Origin: Phycisphaerales bacterium
Lineage (GTDB): Bacteria > Planctomycetota > Phycisphaerae > Phycisphaerales > SM1A02
Reading direction: 5' to 3'
Assembly: GCA_030749435.1 (NCBI GenBank)
Contig: JASMKH010000011.1
Coordinates: 3,325-67,324 of the forward strand
DNA: 64,000 nucleotides
Below are positions 55,022 through 64,000 of the stretch, in pieces. The position numbers were made by a program, and so were the translations under genes. The notes beneath the pieces are model-generated. The model worked only from the letters and a program-made list of their open reading frames with translations. It was not told the origin of the DNA and made no database searches. The stretch's first letter is position 1. Every line of letters starts with the position of its first letter.

Positions 55022-55693
55022 ATGAAAGCAACGATTATGCTTGGGGCCGCTGGCGCGCTGACGCTCGCCGGCATCACCCAAGCGTCCCCGTTTGGGGGCT
55101 TTACTTTCGAGTCGCTTGGCGATGCTGGCTACGGCGAGACCTATCGCTTGTATGTCAACATGGAGGCCGGCACTCGGATCGATGCTGTTTTCGGCAACTC
55201 GGTCGGCTCCCTGTCGATCGGCTTGCAGGACGGCATGAACTTTTATCAGAATGGGCTTGGTGGACCGACTTCAACGTCGATCAACAGCGCATTCTTCCCG
55301 CTGGCTCCATCGCTTGAATTCGACAGCTACGTCACGGTCGGCGCGCTCTACGCCAACGGGGCGCCATTCGCTGAGAACAAGCTGTTGGATATCGGTATCG
55401 ATTTCGCCTCGTTTGAAGCTGGTGGCGAGCTCGCGACCAACAACGGTTCGTGGTTCGTGACCCCGGCGGATGCGCAGGGTGAAGAGCTCGGTGGCATGGT
55501 CCTGATCGGCCAGTTCACCGTCATTGGTGGCTCCGGCAACGGCGCCGCTGATCTCACCGGCCAGATCAGCATCCAGGGTAAGGATGTTGACGGCAACACC
55601 TTCCAGGAACTCGGTATCACTTGGGTACCTGCTCCTGGCGCGTTGGCCCTTCTCGGCCTCGCCGGCCTCGCCGGTCGCCGACGTCGTCGCTGA
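55022..55693 (+). CDS. PEP-CTERM sorting-domain secreted protein
   Basis: GGAGGAG RBS. Signal peptide MKATIMLGAAGALTLAGITQA. C-terminal VPAPGALALLGLAGLAGRRRRR, which is a VPAP variant of the PEP motif followed by a TM and an Arg cluster. Confidence 0.88.
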   Translation: MKATIMLGAAGALTLAGITQASPFGGFTFESLGDAGYGETYRLYVNMEAGTRIDAVFGNSVGSLSIGLQDGMNFYQNGLGGPTSTSINSAFFPLAPSLEFDSYVTVGALYANGAPFAENKLLDIGIDFASFEAGGELATNNGSWFVTPADAQGEELGGMVLIGQFTVIGGSGNGAADLTGQISIQGKDVDGNTFQELGITWVPAPGALALLGLAGLAGRRRRR

Positions 55694-55751
55694 ATGCGAT
55701 GACATGATCTTGTCCCTCTTCTGGGACAGTGGTATCCCCACGCAACTCTGG

Positions 55752-55787
55752 CTCCGCCGCAGTTCAACTGCGGCGGAGTTCTTTTTT
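55752..55787 (+). terminator. Rho-independent terminator downstream of the PEP-CTERM gene
   Basis: ctccgccgcag - ttcaa - ctgcggcggag (11-bp perfect stem) followed by TTCTTTTTT. Confidence 0.8.
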
Positions 55788-55961
55788 GGTGGCCCCCGCA
55801 GGGGGGCCCTCGGCGCAGCCGACTGAGGGGGTGCGCTGTCCTCACCGCTCCCCCGCCTGCGGGGGAGCTGTCGGCGAAGCCGACTGTGGGGGTGCCGCGC
55901 TCCAAAACCGCTCCCCCGCCTGCGGGGGAGCTGTCGGCGAAGCCGACTGAGGGGGTGCCGC
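55788..55961 (+). repeat. Three tandem copies of a ~55-63-nt double-hairpin unit (REP-like intergenic repeat)
   Basis: Copies 2 and 3 (55844-55898, 55907-55961; period 63) are near-identical: accgctcccccgcctgcgggggagctgtcggcgaagccgactgNgggggtgccgc. Copy 1 (55788-55836) is diverged. Each copy has a G/C hairpin (55791-808, 55847-68, 55910-31), and copies 2 and 3 also carry a tcggc-gaa-gccga hairpin, which is disrupted in copy 1 (tcggcgcagccga). Confidence 0.85.
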
Positions 55962-56080
55962 TGGACTGCCGGGAGTTGCTCCCCCCACAAGTGGGGGGAC
56001 GGCTTTGGAAGGGGGCCGCGGGGCAGGCGGTTCTTGGTCTGGTTGACCGATATCCTTCAGGTTGGGCTTCAGAAGGCCCG

Positions 56081-56977
56081 ATGGAGGGAGTCGGGCCCGC
56101 AGACATGATGGACCGTGTGACCACCTTCAACAAGCTTCGCTCGGCCCTGGCCCCGGCGGTTCGGCCGATCCTCGAGTACGTGCCGCCCGTTCGGTGGGCT
56201 GCAATGTGGTGGTTGGGCAGGCGGCAGCCCTCGGAGGTGGTGGTGGATGGACTTGCCTACGCGGTGCACCCAGCCGACTTCGGGGTGACCTTTGAAATCG
56301 CTCGCACGGGCGATTACGAACCCGCTACCAGGTCGGCCTGCCTCGAACTTCTTGAGCCGGGCATGACTTTCGTGGACATCGGCGCTCACGTGGGACTCTT
56401 CGCGGTGCCGGCAGCCATGGCCGTCGGGCCCGAGGGCCATGTGCACGCCTTCGAGCCAGACCCGGACAACCGCGCACTGCTTGAGCGAAACGTCGCCCGG
56501 CACACGTGCGGAAACGTCGAGGTGCATCCGGAAGCCGTGGCAGCGGCGCCCGGCTCGCTGACGCTGGCGCGATCACGTTACAACACGGGTGATCATCGAT
56601 TGGTGGAGGGGCCATCGCGCGGCGGCGTGTCGGTCGATGTGATCGCCCTGGCGCCGTGGCTTGCAACTCGCGGCATCACGCCTGATGTCATCAAGATGGA
56701 TGTGCAGGGCGCCGAGCCGCTGGTGATTCGGGGCATGTCCGACTTCCTTGAAGGAGATCTCGCCCTCGCCTTGCTGATGGAGTTTGCCCCAGCCATGCTT
56801 CGCAGCGCCGGGACCGACCCGTCGAACTTGCTCGCGGACCTGGTGTCCCACGGTTTCGACCTCGAACTGATCGACGAGCGAACCGGTCTTCGGTCACAGG
56901 CGAGTGTCGCCGACATCATGTCGGCGTGTCCGGCGCACGGGTACGTCAACCTGCTTGCGAGGCGGGGCGGCCAATGA
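56081..56977 (+). CDS. FkbM-family SAM-dependent methyltransferase
   Basis: FVDIGAHVGLFAV...GHVHAFEPDPDN...L..N, typical of FkbM. Start is uncertain (ATG 56081, 56105 or 56108). The ORF track start 55886 runs through the repeat array. Confidence 0.8.
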   Translation: MEGVGPADMMDRVTTFNKLRSALAPAVRPILEYVPPVRWAAMWWLGRRQPSEVVVDGLAYAVHPADFGVTFEIARTGDYEPATRSACLELLEPGMTFVDIGAHVGLFAVPAAMAVGPEGHVHAFEPDPDNRALLERNVARHTCGNVEVHPEAVAAAPGSLTLARSRYNTGDHRLVEGPSRGGVSVDVIALAPWLATRGITPDVIKMDVQGAEPLVIRGMSDFLEGDLALALLMEFAPAMLRSAGTDPSNLLADLVSHGFDLELIDERTGLRSQASVADIMSACPAHGYVNLLARRGGQ

Positions 56978-58395
56978 CATCACTGTGTTGCGATCACGAG
57001 GTGCGGCGGGATCGCCTCTGGGCGATCGCCGCGATGGCGTTGGTGCTCGCAGCCACTTTGGGCCTGCGTTGGACGACTGATATCGCGGCGAAACCACCAA
57101 CCTTCGATGAGCGGTGGATTACGCGGCCCATCGCTGACCTGATGCGGCGGGGGTGGACGGTTGAGACAGCCATCGACTTTCAGGAGGCGAAGGGGCCCGG
57201 GATGATCTGGCCCTACGCCGCGATCGGGCAGCTGCTGGTCGTGGATCCGAACGAAGTCGCCCCGGTCGATCCGGCCGACGCCAGTGCCGAGGTCTGGACC
57301 TCGCCGACGCCCGGCGGCCCACACCCCGCGCCACCCCAGATGCTCTCGGTACTCCGAGTTCTGTCCATGGTGTGCTTCGTGATCTCCATCATCCCGCTGC
57401 TCATGCTCGCGCAGGCTGCAGGGATCCGAGGCCCTCCGATGGTCCTTGTGGCGGCTGGCTATCTCGTGCTGCCGTACGCCGCTGTGCTGGGCCAACTGGC
57501 GATGGGAGAGGCTTCCTTTGTCCTGCTCTCTCTGATGCTCTGGGCAGTGGTTGTGCTGGGATGCGGCGAAGGCAATCGGACCCGGCATCCCGTCGCGGGA
57601 CCGATTCTGGCAGGCATCCTGATGGTGGTACTGCTGCACAGCCGCCCGCATGCGGCTGCCTTCGCGCCAGCCATCTGCATTGTGACCTGGCAGCGTGAGT
57701 CGTGGCGGTGCTGGCCCTGGGTGCTGGCCATGGTCATGGCCGTGCTGCTTCGGATCCCGCTTTGGGTGCGTTGGGGCGGCCTGGTGAGCAGCGACTTCCA
57801 GAACCTGCACGGGCTGGGCTTCCGACTGGAGAGCCTGACCTATCTCGCAGCCGCGCTCTCGCCGCTGCTCGGCGCCTTTTTGGTGGCATGGCTTCTCGAT
57901 CAGGGTCGGCGGACGCTGCGATGGATGCCGCTGACAGGAGTCGGGCTTGGGTGCCTGCTCGGCGTGTTGGCATCGCCGGACCTCACGCCAATGGAGGGCC
58001 TCGATCTGGACAGGCAATTCAATCACTACGCAGGGATTGCTTCGACGGCGACTCGGCAACTGTCGGCGGGCTCCGGCATCCCTTCGGCGGTCATCCTGTC
58101 GGCGGCCTCGGCCATCGGGCTGGGCGGGCTGGGCGCCTTTGCTGCCATGGCGTACCAACACTCGGTCCGGGGTGCACTTGGCATGTTGCTGCGATTGCAG
58201 GTGCTAACCCTCGTCTGGGGGCTGCTGCTCTACACGCTGACCCGCGGCGCGGTCTTCGATCGCTATCTGTTGGTCTGGATCGGTGTGTTGCCGGTGGCGT
58301 GGACCGGGCTGCTGCCGCGATGGCTCGCCTGCATCCAGATCGCCGGTTTGGCCTTCGTGGCCGCCTGGTCCGCCAGCACGTGGCTGATGGCCTGA
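56974..58395 (+). CDS. Polytopic membrane protein, possibly a GT-C-fold glycosyltransferase (ArnT/PMT-like)
   Basis: ATGA overlap with the methyltransferase stop. At least 10 predicted TM helices with a loop after TM1. The functional call is weak and rests on architecture only. Confidence 0.7.
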   Translation: MTSLCCDHEVRRDRLWAIAAMALVLAATLGLRWTTDIAAKPPTFDERWITRPIADLMRRGWTVETAIDFQEAKGPGMIWPYAAIGQLLVVDPNEVAPVDPADASAEVWTSPTPGGPHPAPPQMLSVLRVLSMVCFVISIIPLLMLAQAAGIRGPPMVLVAAGYLVLPYAAVLGQLAMGEASFVLLSLMLWAVVVLGCGEGNRTRHPVAGPILAGILMVVLLHSRPHAAAFAPAICIVTWQRESWRCWPWVLAMVMAVLLRIPLWVRWGGLVSSDFQNLHGLGFRLESLTYLAAALSPLLGAFLVAWLLDQGRRTLRWMPLTGVGLGCLLGVLASPDLTPMEGLDLDRQFNHYAGIASTATRQLSAGSGIPSAVILSAASAIGLGGLGAFAAMAYQHSVRGALGMLLRLQVLTLVWGLLLYTLTRGAVFDRYLLVWIGVLPVAWTGLLPRWLACIQIAGLAFVAAWSASTWLMA

Positions 58396-58404
58396 TGGCA
58401 GCGA

Positions 58405-58854
58405 TCAGTCGGGCATCACGATGCCGGGGCCCGATTTCGCATCGGGGGCATCGGCTGGCTGTGTCACCTGCTGCGCGATCAACTGGGTGACCTGGACAAA
58501 CCTGGCTCTCAACTCGGTCAAGACGGTTGCGACTTCCCTGGCCTCATCGTCGGTGAGGTTTCCGGAGGTCTTCTCTTCGAGCACAGCAAGCAGGTCGATC
58601 GCAAACTTGGCGCCATCCAGATCGATGAGTACGCCCTTGCCGGACTCGTCCGGAACCGCGCCCAGACCCATGACCGCCTGCGAGGCGAGAATGCCGACGA
58701 GCCCCTGAAAGTTCGCTGGTGGCAACTTCTTGGGGTCTGAAGCCGCCGAAGCCTCTTTGTCCCGCTCGGCTGCAGCGAGCTTCTCCTTCTCGGCCTGCGC
58801 TTCGGCCTTCCAGTCGGAGTCGATGTGGATCTGTGGTGAATCGTCGGGTGTCAT
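58405..58854 (-). CDS. DUF1844-like acidic protein
   Basis: Start at ATG 58854 (MTPDDSPQIHIDSDWK...). LPPANFQGLVGILASQAVMGLG...IDLLAVLEEKTSGNLTDDE matches my recollection of DUF1844. Confidence 0.7.
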   Translation of the reverse strand: MTPDDSPQIHIDSDWKAEAQAEKEKLAAAERDKEASAASDPKKLPPANFQGLVGILASQAVMGLGAVPDESGKGVLIDLDGAKFAIDLLAVLEEKTSGNLTDDEAREVATVLTELRARFVQVTQLIAQQVTQPADAPDAKSGPGIVMPD

Positions 58855-58926
58855 GGCTTCTCCTCGGTGGTGCCGAACGGCAGGATTGCCAGTATAGGGA
58901 TCCCCCTGCGGTATCATCGCGGCACG

Positions 58927-60150
58927 ATGCGAAGCGAGGCATGGATGACGGTGGCGATCGGGGGGCTCTTGGGTCTTCTTGCGGGCTGCGGTCCGGAGGG
59001 CGTTTCGGGGCCTGCGTTGGCGACGGCCGACTTCTCCGACCAGACCCGCGTGACCGAGCAGCGACCGAGCAGGGACGCAGCCGAAGCAGTGCTGGCCGAG
59101 TCCGGGCTGATGGCGGAGCCGCCGATTCGATACATCACACGAGATGAGCTGGAGCTCGAGACGTTCTTCGACGTCAGCAGTACCGTCGGGCACCGCGTCT
59201 ACGTTGACAGCCTGATCGGCCAGGTGAACGGCCGGCCCATCTATGCGGATGAAGTGCTGGCGCCGCTGATGGACCGGTTGAATGCAACGTATCGTGACGA
59301 GCCCTACCAGTCCTTTCGAGGGCAGCTCGTGGAGCTCGTGATTGGCCAGCTCCGAGCCGTCATCATCAACGAGTTGATTGTGGCCGAATCTCGAGCGGCG
59401 CTCAGTACCGAGCAACAGGGTGGTCTGCTCGCCTTCATGAGCCAGTTGCGTGAGGACGCGGTTCGGAAACGCGGCGGGGTTCAGCATGAAGCGGAGCGAC
59501 AACTTCTGGAAGAGGAAGGCAAGACGATCGATGAGTACATGGATGCCGAGCGGCAGAAACTGCTGATCGGGGAACTCCTCCGTGAGAAGATCTCACCCCA
59601 TACGCTCGTGTCGTGGCGAGACATCGAGCGGGCCTACCGGTCGCGGCTCAGAGAGTTTCAACCGGCCGCTACCGTGACGCTTGGGCGGATTCGACTCCGC
59701 ACCGAAGGGAATGAAGACCGGATTCTCCTGCTGGATCGCGAGTTGAAGGCCGGTGAACCGTTTGAGGTGGTCGCCGAGCAGGCGGGCATGAAGGAGTCTG
59801 GCGTCTGGGAGACTTTCACCATGCCCGAGGGCGGTCTGGAGGCACTGCCGCTCGCGGAGTTCTACAGGCCACACATCGCCGACCTTGGCCCGGGCGATAC
59901 CTCGAACGCCTTTGAGCGTGGCAGTTGGACGATCTGGGTGTCGGTCATTGATGTGCACCAACCTCCGCACCGCTCGCTGGACGATCCCGATGTGCAGCGA
60001 CAACTGCAGCAGCAACTCGCAATTGCCCGCGGCCAGGAGGAGGAGGCCCGCTTCATTGGTCGTGTGCTGCAGCGGGGGATCTACGACGATATGGAGACGA
60101 TGGCCAGGCGTGCCGTCGACATCGCATCCTCCCGCTTTCCTCAGCGGTGA
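58927..60150 (+). CDS. SurA-N-like periplasmic chaperone lipoprotein (hypothetical)
   Basis: MRSEAWMTVAIGGLLGLLAGC lipobox. The helical region IYADEVLAPLMDRL...LVELVIGQLRAVIINELIVAE resembles the SurA N-domain. No clear parvulin motif. Confidence 0.7.
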   Translation: MRSEAWMTVAIGGLLGLLAGCGPEGVSGPALATADFSDQTRVTEQRPSRDAAEAVLAESGLMAEPPIRYITRDELELETFFDVSSTVGHRVYVDSLIGQVNGRPIYADEVLAPLMDRLNATYRDEPYQSFRGQLVELVIGQLRAVIINELIVAESRAALSTEQQGGLLAFMSQLREDAVRKRGGVQHEAERQLLEEEGKTIDEYMDAERQKLLIGELLREKISPHTLVSWRDIERAYRSRLREFQPAATVTLGRIRLRTEGNEDRILLLDRELKAGEPFEVVAEQAGMKESGVWETFTMPEGGLEALPLAEFYRPHIADLGPGDTSNAFERGSWTIWVSVIDVHQPPHRSLDDPDVQRQLQQQLAIARGQEEEARFIGRVLQRGIYDDMETMARRAVDIASSRFPQR

Positions 60151-60530
60151 TACGCAACCGAGACCGCAGACGCATCTGGAAACGCGGCGAGCGTGCAGCG
60201 CGTCGCTGGATGCGCATTCGCGGGTGGCGGATTCTCGGTCGAAATGTGCGGATCGGCCGCGACGAACTTGACATCGTGGCGATTCCTCGAAGGGGGAAGG
60301 TGCTGGCCATTGTCGAGGTGAAGGCGACTGGCGGATCACGAAGCACACTCCATCGAGTAGATGTTCCCAAGCAGCGGCGGGTTGCTCGCGCTGCCGAGCG
60401 TCTGCCCCGTGGGTGGCGGCGGGGACGGCGACTGCGATTTGACGTGGCCTGTGTTGAGGTCGGAAGGTGGCGATGCCGCGTTCGGCTCATGGAGGCTGCG
60501 TTTGATGACTCGCGTCCGCGAATCCGATGA
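60147..60530 (+). CDS. YraN-family (UPF0102) endonuclease-like protein
   Basis: GERAARRWMRIRGWRILGRNVRIGRDELDIVA...LAIVEVK fits the YraN pattern (GE..A..yL...G..il.rN.r...gEiDii...v.VEVK). GTGA overlap with the upstream stop. Confidence 0.8.
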   Translation: MIRNRDRRRIWKRGERAARRWMRIRGWRILGRNVRIGRDELDIVAIPRRGKVLAIVEVKATGGSRSTLHRVDVPKQRRVARAAERLPRGWRRGRRLRFDVACVEVGRWRCRVRLMEAAFDDSRPRIR

Positions 60531-60800
60531 AGCGTGGAGCCATCCCCTGACGCATCGGGCGCCTCCTGCAGGCTGCCCCAGTGGGCGGCGTGAGGCGTTG
60601 GGCAGTGCATTCCGTTGCCACCGGGATCGGACTTGCTGCCCTCGGACTGGGATCGGTCGCTGCGGAGACTTCGCCTCTGATCGAGGCGCTCCATCGGGAC
60701 GCCATTGACGAGCAGGGCCTCCGCTTCGGTGGACCGCTGTCGGTGCCGCTGGCCCCGCAGTGGCATCGCCCGGTAGACGGGCAGACTCGACATCGCCTCT

Positions 60801-61832
60801 TCAGGCCTCGGGAAGAATCCTTGCCTCTTGTGGCGGGGGCGGCGCCGCTCCCGCGATCGCTGCTGCAATTCGGGGGCCGTGGTCATGGCTCGTCTCGATG
60901 TAGGCCTTGAATCGCTGCTGGGTGCCGGCGATGGCCGTCCCCGCGACGAAGACCCCGGCCACATCGGTCTCCAGAGTTTCCGGGTTGTGTGAAGGGGCAC
61001 CCTGAGGCTCGGTGAGCGTGACTCCGAAGAGCCTGAAGAGCGCGTCATCCTGCTCATACCCGATCTGGAGAATGACATCGTCGGCGTCGATGTCGGTGGT
61101 GGCGCCCGTCGCCATGTGTTCCACGCGAGCAATGCCCGGCTCAATGGACACGACTCTCGAGGATCGATGCGCGGTGATCTTGCCCTCCTCGATGAGCGCC
61201 ATCACTTCCGGTCGAAGCCAGTACTTGACCCGCTCGTGGATCTCCTCTTCCCGCAGGCACAGCGTGACCTCGGCATGGACTCGCCAGCACCGCAGCGCCG
61301 ACTCGACCGCCGAGTTCTTGCCGCCGACGATGAGTACGCGGCGTCCGAAGAACCGATGGGGATTGCCGAGGTGGGAGGTGACGTGCGGCAGGTCCTCCCC
61401 GGGCACGCCGAGCGTCCGAGGTCGATGCGTGCCGCCACAGGCCAGCACCACTTTGCTGGCATGGACATGGTGTCGACGCCCCGACAGCTCCTCCATGGTG
61501 ACGGAAAACCCTTCGCTCGAGGGTTCGGCAGCGACCACTCGATGAAACGTCTGAACGGGAAGATCCCTCGTGATGGCAACGCTTCGCAGGTAGGCGAGGT
61601 ACTCCTCGCCGGTGATCTTCTCCTGAGTGGGCACCGGAAGGTCCACACCAGCGATGGCAATGCGTTCGGGGGAACTGAAGAATCGCGTCGCTGGCGGGAA
61701 CAGCCGCGCGATGGTCTCCCCTACGGCACCGGCATCGACGTGAAGCGTGTCCTGGCAGGCAGATCGAACGTGCCAGGCGACTTCAAGGCCGATCGGGCCA
61801 GCACCGACAATGAGAACCTCACATGACTTCAT
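60801..61832 (-). CDS. FAD/NAD(P)-dependent pyridine nucleotide-disulfide oxidoreductase, YpdA-like
   Basis: VLIVGAGPIGLEVA, ...FFSSPERIAIAGVDLP..., second Rossmann VLIVGGKNSAVESA. Confidence 0.8.
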   Translation of the reverse strand: MKSCEVLIVGAGPIGLEVAWHVRSACQDTLHVDAGAVGETIARLFPPATRFFSSPERIAIAGVDLPVPTQEKITGEEYLAYLRSVAITRDLPVQTFHRVVAAEPSSEGFSVTMEELSGRRHHVHASKVVLACGGTHRPRTLGVPGEDLPHVTSHLGNPHRFFGRRVLIVGGKNSAVESALRCWRVHAEVTLCLREEEIHERVKYWLRPEVMALIEEGKITAHRSSRVVSIEPGIARVEHMATGATTDIDADDVILQIGYEQDDALFRLFGVTLTEPQGAPSHNPETLETDVAGVFVAGTAIAGTQQRFKAYIETSHDHGPRIAAAIAGAAPPPPQEARILPEA

Positions 61833-61869
61833 CGGCGTAGACTACTGTCCCGCGAAGGAGCGAGCCCGG

Positions 61870-63237
61870 ATGGTGTGTGTGCTGACGACCTTGTGTGTTC
61901 CGCTGGTAACAGGGGCCGGGAATCCGCTGCTGGCTCCCGAGTTGCTGCGGCGTGACCTCCCGGTCATTATCCAGCAGATGCAGTTGGATCAGGAGCAGCG
62001 GGCGGTGCTGGATCTTGTGTTCGCTGAGTACCTTGATGCGTTTGAAGATGCCCGGGGGGAGACGATTGCCGCGATCGATGCGATCGAGCCTGAGTCCCTG
62101 CACGACGCATGGCGGGGGACAGACTGGTCCGCGCAGCACGCAGCCTGGGCGGAGGCCAGATCGGCTGCCGCCGCAATCGAAGATGCCGCTGAGGCGACGG
62201 CCTGGCTCGACTACCACCGGCAGCTCGCCCGGGAAGAGTTCGATGGCATCCTTCAGCGGCAGCCGCCGCCGCAGCCTTCGCTGCGGACCGAGCTACTCGA
62301 CGACTGGCGAGAGACGCGTCTGCGGTTGCGTCAGGGCCTGCTGAGCGACATCGAGTTGGTCATCCCTCCCGATCAGACAGCGCGGTGGGATCGGGTCGAG
62401 TGGGCGATCAGGCGTCAACGCACTCCCTTCGCCGGAGTTCTTGCAGGCGAGAACGTGGATCTCGGCGGACTCGTTCGCCGACAGTTCGCTCAGGAGCCTG
62501 CGGTTTTGGGTTCGCTCGCGGCCGATCTGAGTGCTTATGAGCGCGCGTGGGCGGAGGCCGCGGGGAAACGAGATGAAGTGCTCACGGGTCTGCATGCCCG
62601 AAGGCTGGATGCAGAAGAGCGGGGGGACCGGCTTGAACTTCTGAAGGTGGCGCAGGCGGAGGTCGCGTCTCGGCTGCTGGTTCGAGATGTGAATCTGGCC
62701 TGGTTCGACCGCCTGGGGGGCAAACTTCCGGCGGACGCATTGATCGAGTATCAGCGTCGATTCAACGAGGCCATGCATCCGGACATCTTTCTCTCGTCGC
62801 AGCCGGCCCGCGTCAGCGCGTGGCTGCTTGAGCAGCCGGATCTTCCCGAGGATGTCCGGCAGGGCGTCGTGGCACTCCGGGTTCGGTTCGGGGGTCCGAG
62901 ACTGCGTGCCGCTGCGAACGAACGCGGGGCCGAGCGGGCAACAGCGGGGCGGGCGTTGATCTCGAACGCGGAGCAGCGCGCCATGGCGGAGGTGTTCGGC
63001 CCGACGGCGCTCTTTCGGCTGACCGAGTCGCCCCAGGACGCGGCCCAGCGGAGGGCTGCTTCGTTCGCCGATCGCCGGCAGCAGTTGGATGTGTCGTGGA
63101 TGGGGCAACTGCGATCGCTGCTTGGGACGGAGGGCTGGGCTGCGCTTCCGACCGAAGTGCGACTTCCTCCGAAGTCCATTCGCGGTGTGATGCTGGATGA
63201 GGACGGCGAGCCGCTTCGGTTCGTTCCGACTGAATAG
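61870..63237 (+). CDS. Secreted helical hypothetical protein (paralogue of the next gene)
   Basis: Start at ATG 61870 (MVCVLTTLCVPLVTGAG signal-like). A/R/E-rich helical sequence. Shares segments with the downstream partial ORF. Confidence 0.7.
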   Translation: MVCVLTTLCVPLVTGAGNPLLAPELLRRDLPVIIQQMQLDQEQRAVLDLVFAEYLDAFEDARGETIAAIDAIEPESLHDAWRGTDWSAQHAAWAEARSAAAAIEDAAEATAWLDYHRQLAREEFDGILQRQPPPQPSLRTELLDDWRETRLRLRQGLLSDIELVIPPDQTARWDRVEWAIRRQRTPFAGVLAGENVDLGGLVRRQFAQEPAVLGSLAADLSAYERAWAEAAGKRDEVLTGLHARRLDAEERGDRLELLKVAQAEVASRLLVRDVNLAWFDRLGGKLPADALIEYQRRFNEAMHPDIFLSSQPARVSAWLLEQPDLPEDVRQGVVALRVRFGGPRLRAAANERGAERATAGRALISNAEQRAMAEVFGPTALFRLTESPQDAAQRRAASFADRRQQLDVSWMGQLRSLLGTEGWAALPTEVRLPPKSIRGVMLDEDGEPLRFVPTE

Positions 63238-63261
63238 CGATCATCTGATACGGAGTCATTC

Positions 63262-64000
63262 ATGGTTCGATGCCTGAGTCTTCTGATGGTGTGCATGGTC
63301 GCGACGAACGCTTCAGCGGCGACGACGCTCCCCGGATATCGGCCACAGACGATTGGCGTGGCCGAGGTTGACCCGCAGGACCTGAGAACACTCGTCTCCC
63401 TGCTCGGCCTGCGTGGTGATGAGGTGAAGGCTGCACATGCAGCACTCACGACATATTGCGATGCAATCAAGCAGGGCGGTGCAGAGGCACGCGCCGACAT
63501 TGCCGCGACGCAGCCGGAGGGTGCGGTGGAGGCGGCGAACAATGAAGTGCGCCGAACACAGGCGATGGAAGCGGTGCGAGAGGGAATTGAAGCCCGGCGT
63601 CGTGCCGGTGAATTCGCAGGTGACGATGCGGCGCTTCGTGAAGCCTTGCAGGAGGCGGCTCGCGAGGCGCAGGAGGAACTTGACCGGTCCATTTCTGAGG
63701 GGGACCGCCTCCCCGGGTGGGGCGAGTCGTTTCAGACGCAGGCCTCCAGGCTCGCGCAGTGGTACGACGATCGGGAGGTCCTTGGTCACAGGTTGCGAGC
63801 CGAACTGATGGCCATTGCAGGCGAGGATCGCCAAGCGGCCCTCGATCGATGGTGGGCCGAGTCGGCGGTTCGGCGGGCGATGAAGCGTGGGCGACTGAGC
63901 GCGGAGGCATTTGATCCCGCTTCCGCACTGGATTCGAACACCCTGGCATCGTCGCCTCTGCTCCTTGATGCGTACGCGCACTGGCTTCAGCGTCACGCCC
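63262..64000 (+). CDS. Secreted helical hypothetical protein, 5' part (runs off the window)
   Basis: ATG 63262 gives MVRCLSLLMVCMVATNASAATT (signal peptide). The frame is open to the window end, so it is not in the ORF track. High third-position GC. Confidence 0.65.
   Translation, partial: MVRCLSLLMVCMVATNASAATTLPGYRPQTIGVAEVDPQDLRTLVSLLGLRGDEVKAAHAALTTYCDAIKQGGAEARADIAATQPEGAVEAANNEVRRTQAMEAVREGIEARRRAGEFAGDDAALREALQEAAREAQEELDRSISEGDRLPGWGESFQTQASRLAQWYDDREVLGHRLRAELMAIAGEDRQAALDRWWAESAVRRAMKRGRLSAEAFDPASALDSNTLASSPLLLDAYAHWLQRHA

Noticed and set aside
55788-55961. CRISPR array?
   Set aside because: There are only three units. The gaps between units are about 8 nt, far shorter than CRISPR spacers. 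The first unit is diverged, and there are no cas genes in the window.
60581-60910. 109-aa plus-strand ORF (GTG start) with a signal-peptide-like segment, in the 270-nt gap after the YraN-like gene.
   Set aside because: It has no in-frame stop before running 110 nt into the convergent YpdA-like gene. It has no RBS and a weak GTG start. It might be a real small secreted protein, but I cannot support it from sequence alone.

Overview
High-GC (roughly two-thirds G+C by eye), very compact bacterial chromosome segment. Many adjacent genes overlap by 4 nt at stop/start. The PEP-CTERM protein, a dockerin-like remnant and lipoprotein-rich content suggest Planctomycetota/Phycisphaerae or a similar lineage, but this is a low-confidence guess. 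All product calls come from motifs I can read in the translations; no database search was possible. Most of the window is housekeeping: pssA-gltX, the tyrosine catabolic genes fahA/hmgA/hppD, apt, a groES-like gene, aroA, ABC transporters, accBC, guaB, sdhCAB, ettA, nagK-like and three tRNAs. The stand-out region is 31.05-43.16 kb, between guaB and tRNA-Arg(CCG). It holds two convergent, translationally coupled operons of nine genes. They encode a membrane-anchored Ras-like GTPase, a Zn-ribbon protein that may be a degenerate GTPase paralogue, two paralogous N-domain proteins, a lipoprotein with a very long acidic linker and a C-terminal vWA/MIDAS domain, a MotA/ExbB-type channel, two ExbD/TolR-topology coiled-coil proteins that keep the transmembrane Asp, and a 949-aa all-helical bitopic protein. 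I do not recognise this combination as any characterised machine and flag it as the candidate novel system. Secondary oddities are a membrane-anchored GspE-like ATPase with degenerate Walker A and His box next to an intact pilT, a tyrosine-degradation cluster lacking an isomerase but carrying a translationally coupled unknown ORF, a triple tandem hairpin repeat, and 12-nt poly-C-containing coding repeats in the vWA gene.
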